A DNA stretch of 32,000 bases from Wolbachia endosymbiont strain TRS of Brugia malayi (GTDB lineage: Bacteria > Pseudomonadota > Alphaproteobacteria > Rickettsiales > Anaplasmataceae). Below the pieces are notes generated by a model. It ran no database searches and had not been told where the DNA came from. It was given only the letters and a program-made list of their open reading frames with translations. The DNA is taken from the NCBI RefSeq assembly GCF_000008385.1, contig NC_006833.1, positions 660,001 to 692,000 on the forward strand, written 5' to 3'. The position numbers were made by a program, and so were the translations under genes. Shown here in pieces: positions 31,467 to 32,000 of the stretch (positions are counted from its first letter, which is position 1; the number at the start of each line of letters is the position of its first letter).

Positions 31467-32000
31467 GTCAGATAGTAGTAAAGAAAGAAAGAAGAAATTC
31501 ACTGGCATGGTGAATAAACAAAAAAGCGAAGACCAACAAAATAATAGTAAACAAGCTGATGATTTAGATGAGCTCAAAACATTAAAAGAACGTGCAGTTC
31601 AGCTTGAAGATCATTTACGCCGTGCTGTTGCAGATAACGAAAACGTTAAACGTATAATGCAAAAACAAATTAGCGATGCAAACGACTACGCAGTTACAAA
31701 ATTTGCCCGTGATATGATCGATTCGTGCGATAATTTAAAAAGAGTAATGGAAATTTTGAAGGACGATGATCCTGTTCATGAGGGAATTAAAGTAGCTTAT
31801 AAAAAAATTATGAATGATCTCAAAAAGCATGGAATAGAAGAGATAGACCCAATCGGAGAGCTTTTTGATAGTAATTTACATCAAGCTGTTGTAGAAAGAG
31901 AGGATAATGAAAAAAAAACTGGCACTATTGTAGAGGTCTTGCAAACCGGTTACACTATCAAAAATAGGTTGCTTCGTCCTGCAATGGTTATCATTTCCAA
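31467..32000 (+). CDS. grpE: GrpE nucleotide exchange factor (partial, runs off the window)
   Basis: Open frame from ATG: MSDSSKERKKKFTGMV...KERAVQLEDHLRRAVADNENVKRIMQKQI...YAVTKFARDMIDSCDNLKRVME...GIEEIDPIGELFDSNLHQAV..TGTIVEVLQTGYTIKNRLLRPAMVIIS. Absent from the supplied ORF track because it is truncated. Confidence 0.95.

Noticed and set aside
1-32000. Search for an intact novel defence, toxin-antitoxin, prophage or secretion locus
   Set aside because: Accessory stretches contain only fragmented genes and repeats. No intact multi-gene cassette of that type could be supported by reading the sequence.

Overview
This 32 kb AT-rich window looks like an alpha-proteobacterial endosymbiont chromosome of the Rickettsiales, most likely Wolbachia. 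I infer this from gene content and protein style; no database search was run. Well-supported genes are ccmH, a 2Fe-2S ferredoxin, murD, a COQ9-like protein, carB, bioY, dapF, sucD/sucC, rpsU, tRNA-Pro(TGG), guaB, rho, a DUF1013/TrcR-like protein, a SurA/PpiD-like chaperone, rpsP, a polyprenyl diphosphate synthase and a partial grpE. Between them lie heavily decayed accessory stretches (about 4.7-7.1, 10.4-14.1, 18.9-23.2 and 24.9-25.3 kb). These contain relics of an IS66-type transposase, a nitroreductase, a Bcr/CflA-like MFS transporter, a TPR protein and an ankyrin protein. I found no complete novel system. The most interesting signals are: (1) a decayed ankyrin-protein locus whose tail has an approximately 56-aa repeat with periodic Y-x-x-hydrophobic motifs; (2) a decayed ORF with a 12-residue tandem repeat, L(T/S)(D/N)xQLxxLxxx; (3) a palindromic repeat element inserted in frame inside murD, with related copies in intergenic DNA; (4) a diverged repeat of about 290-300 bp present in opposite orientations at 6.7-7.0 kb and 24.9-25.2 kb.
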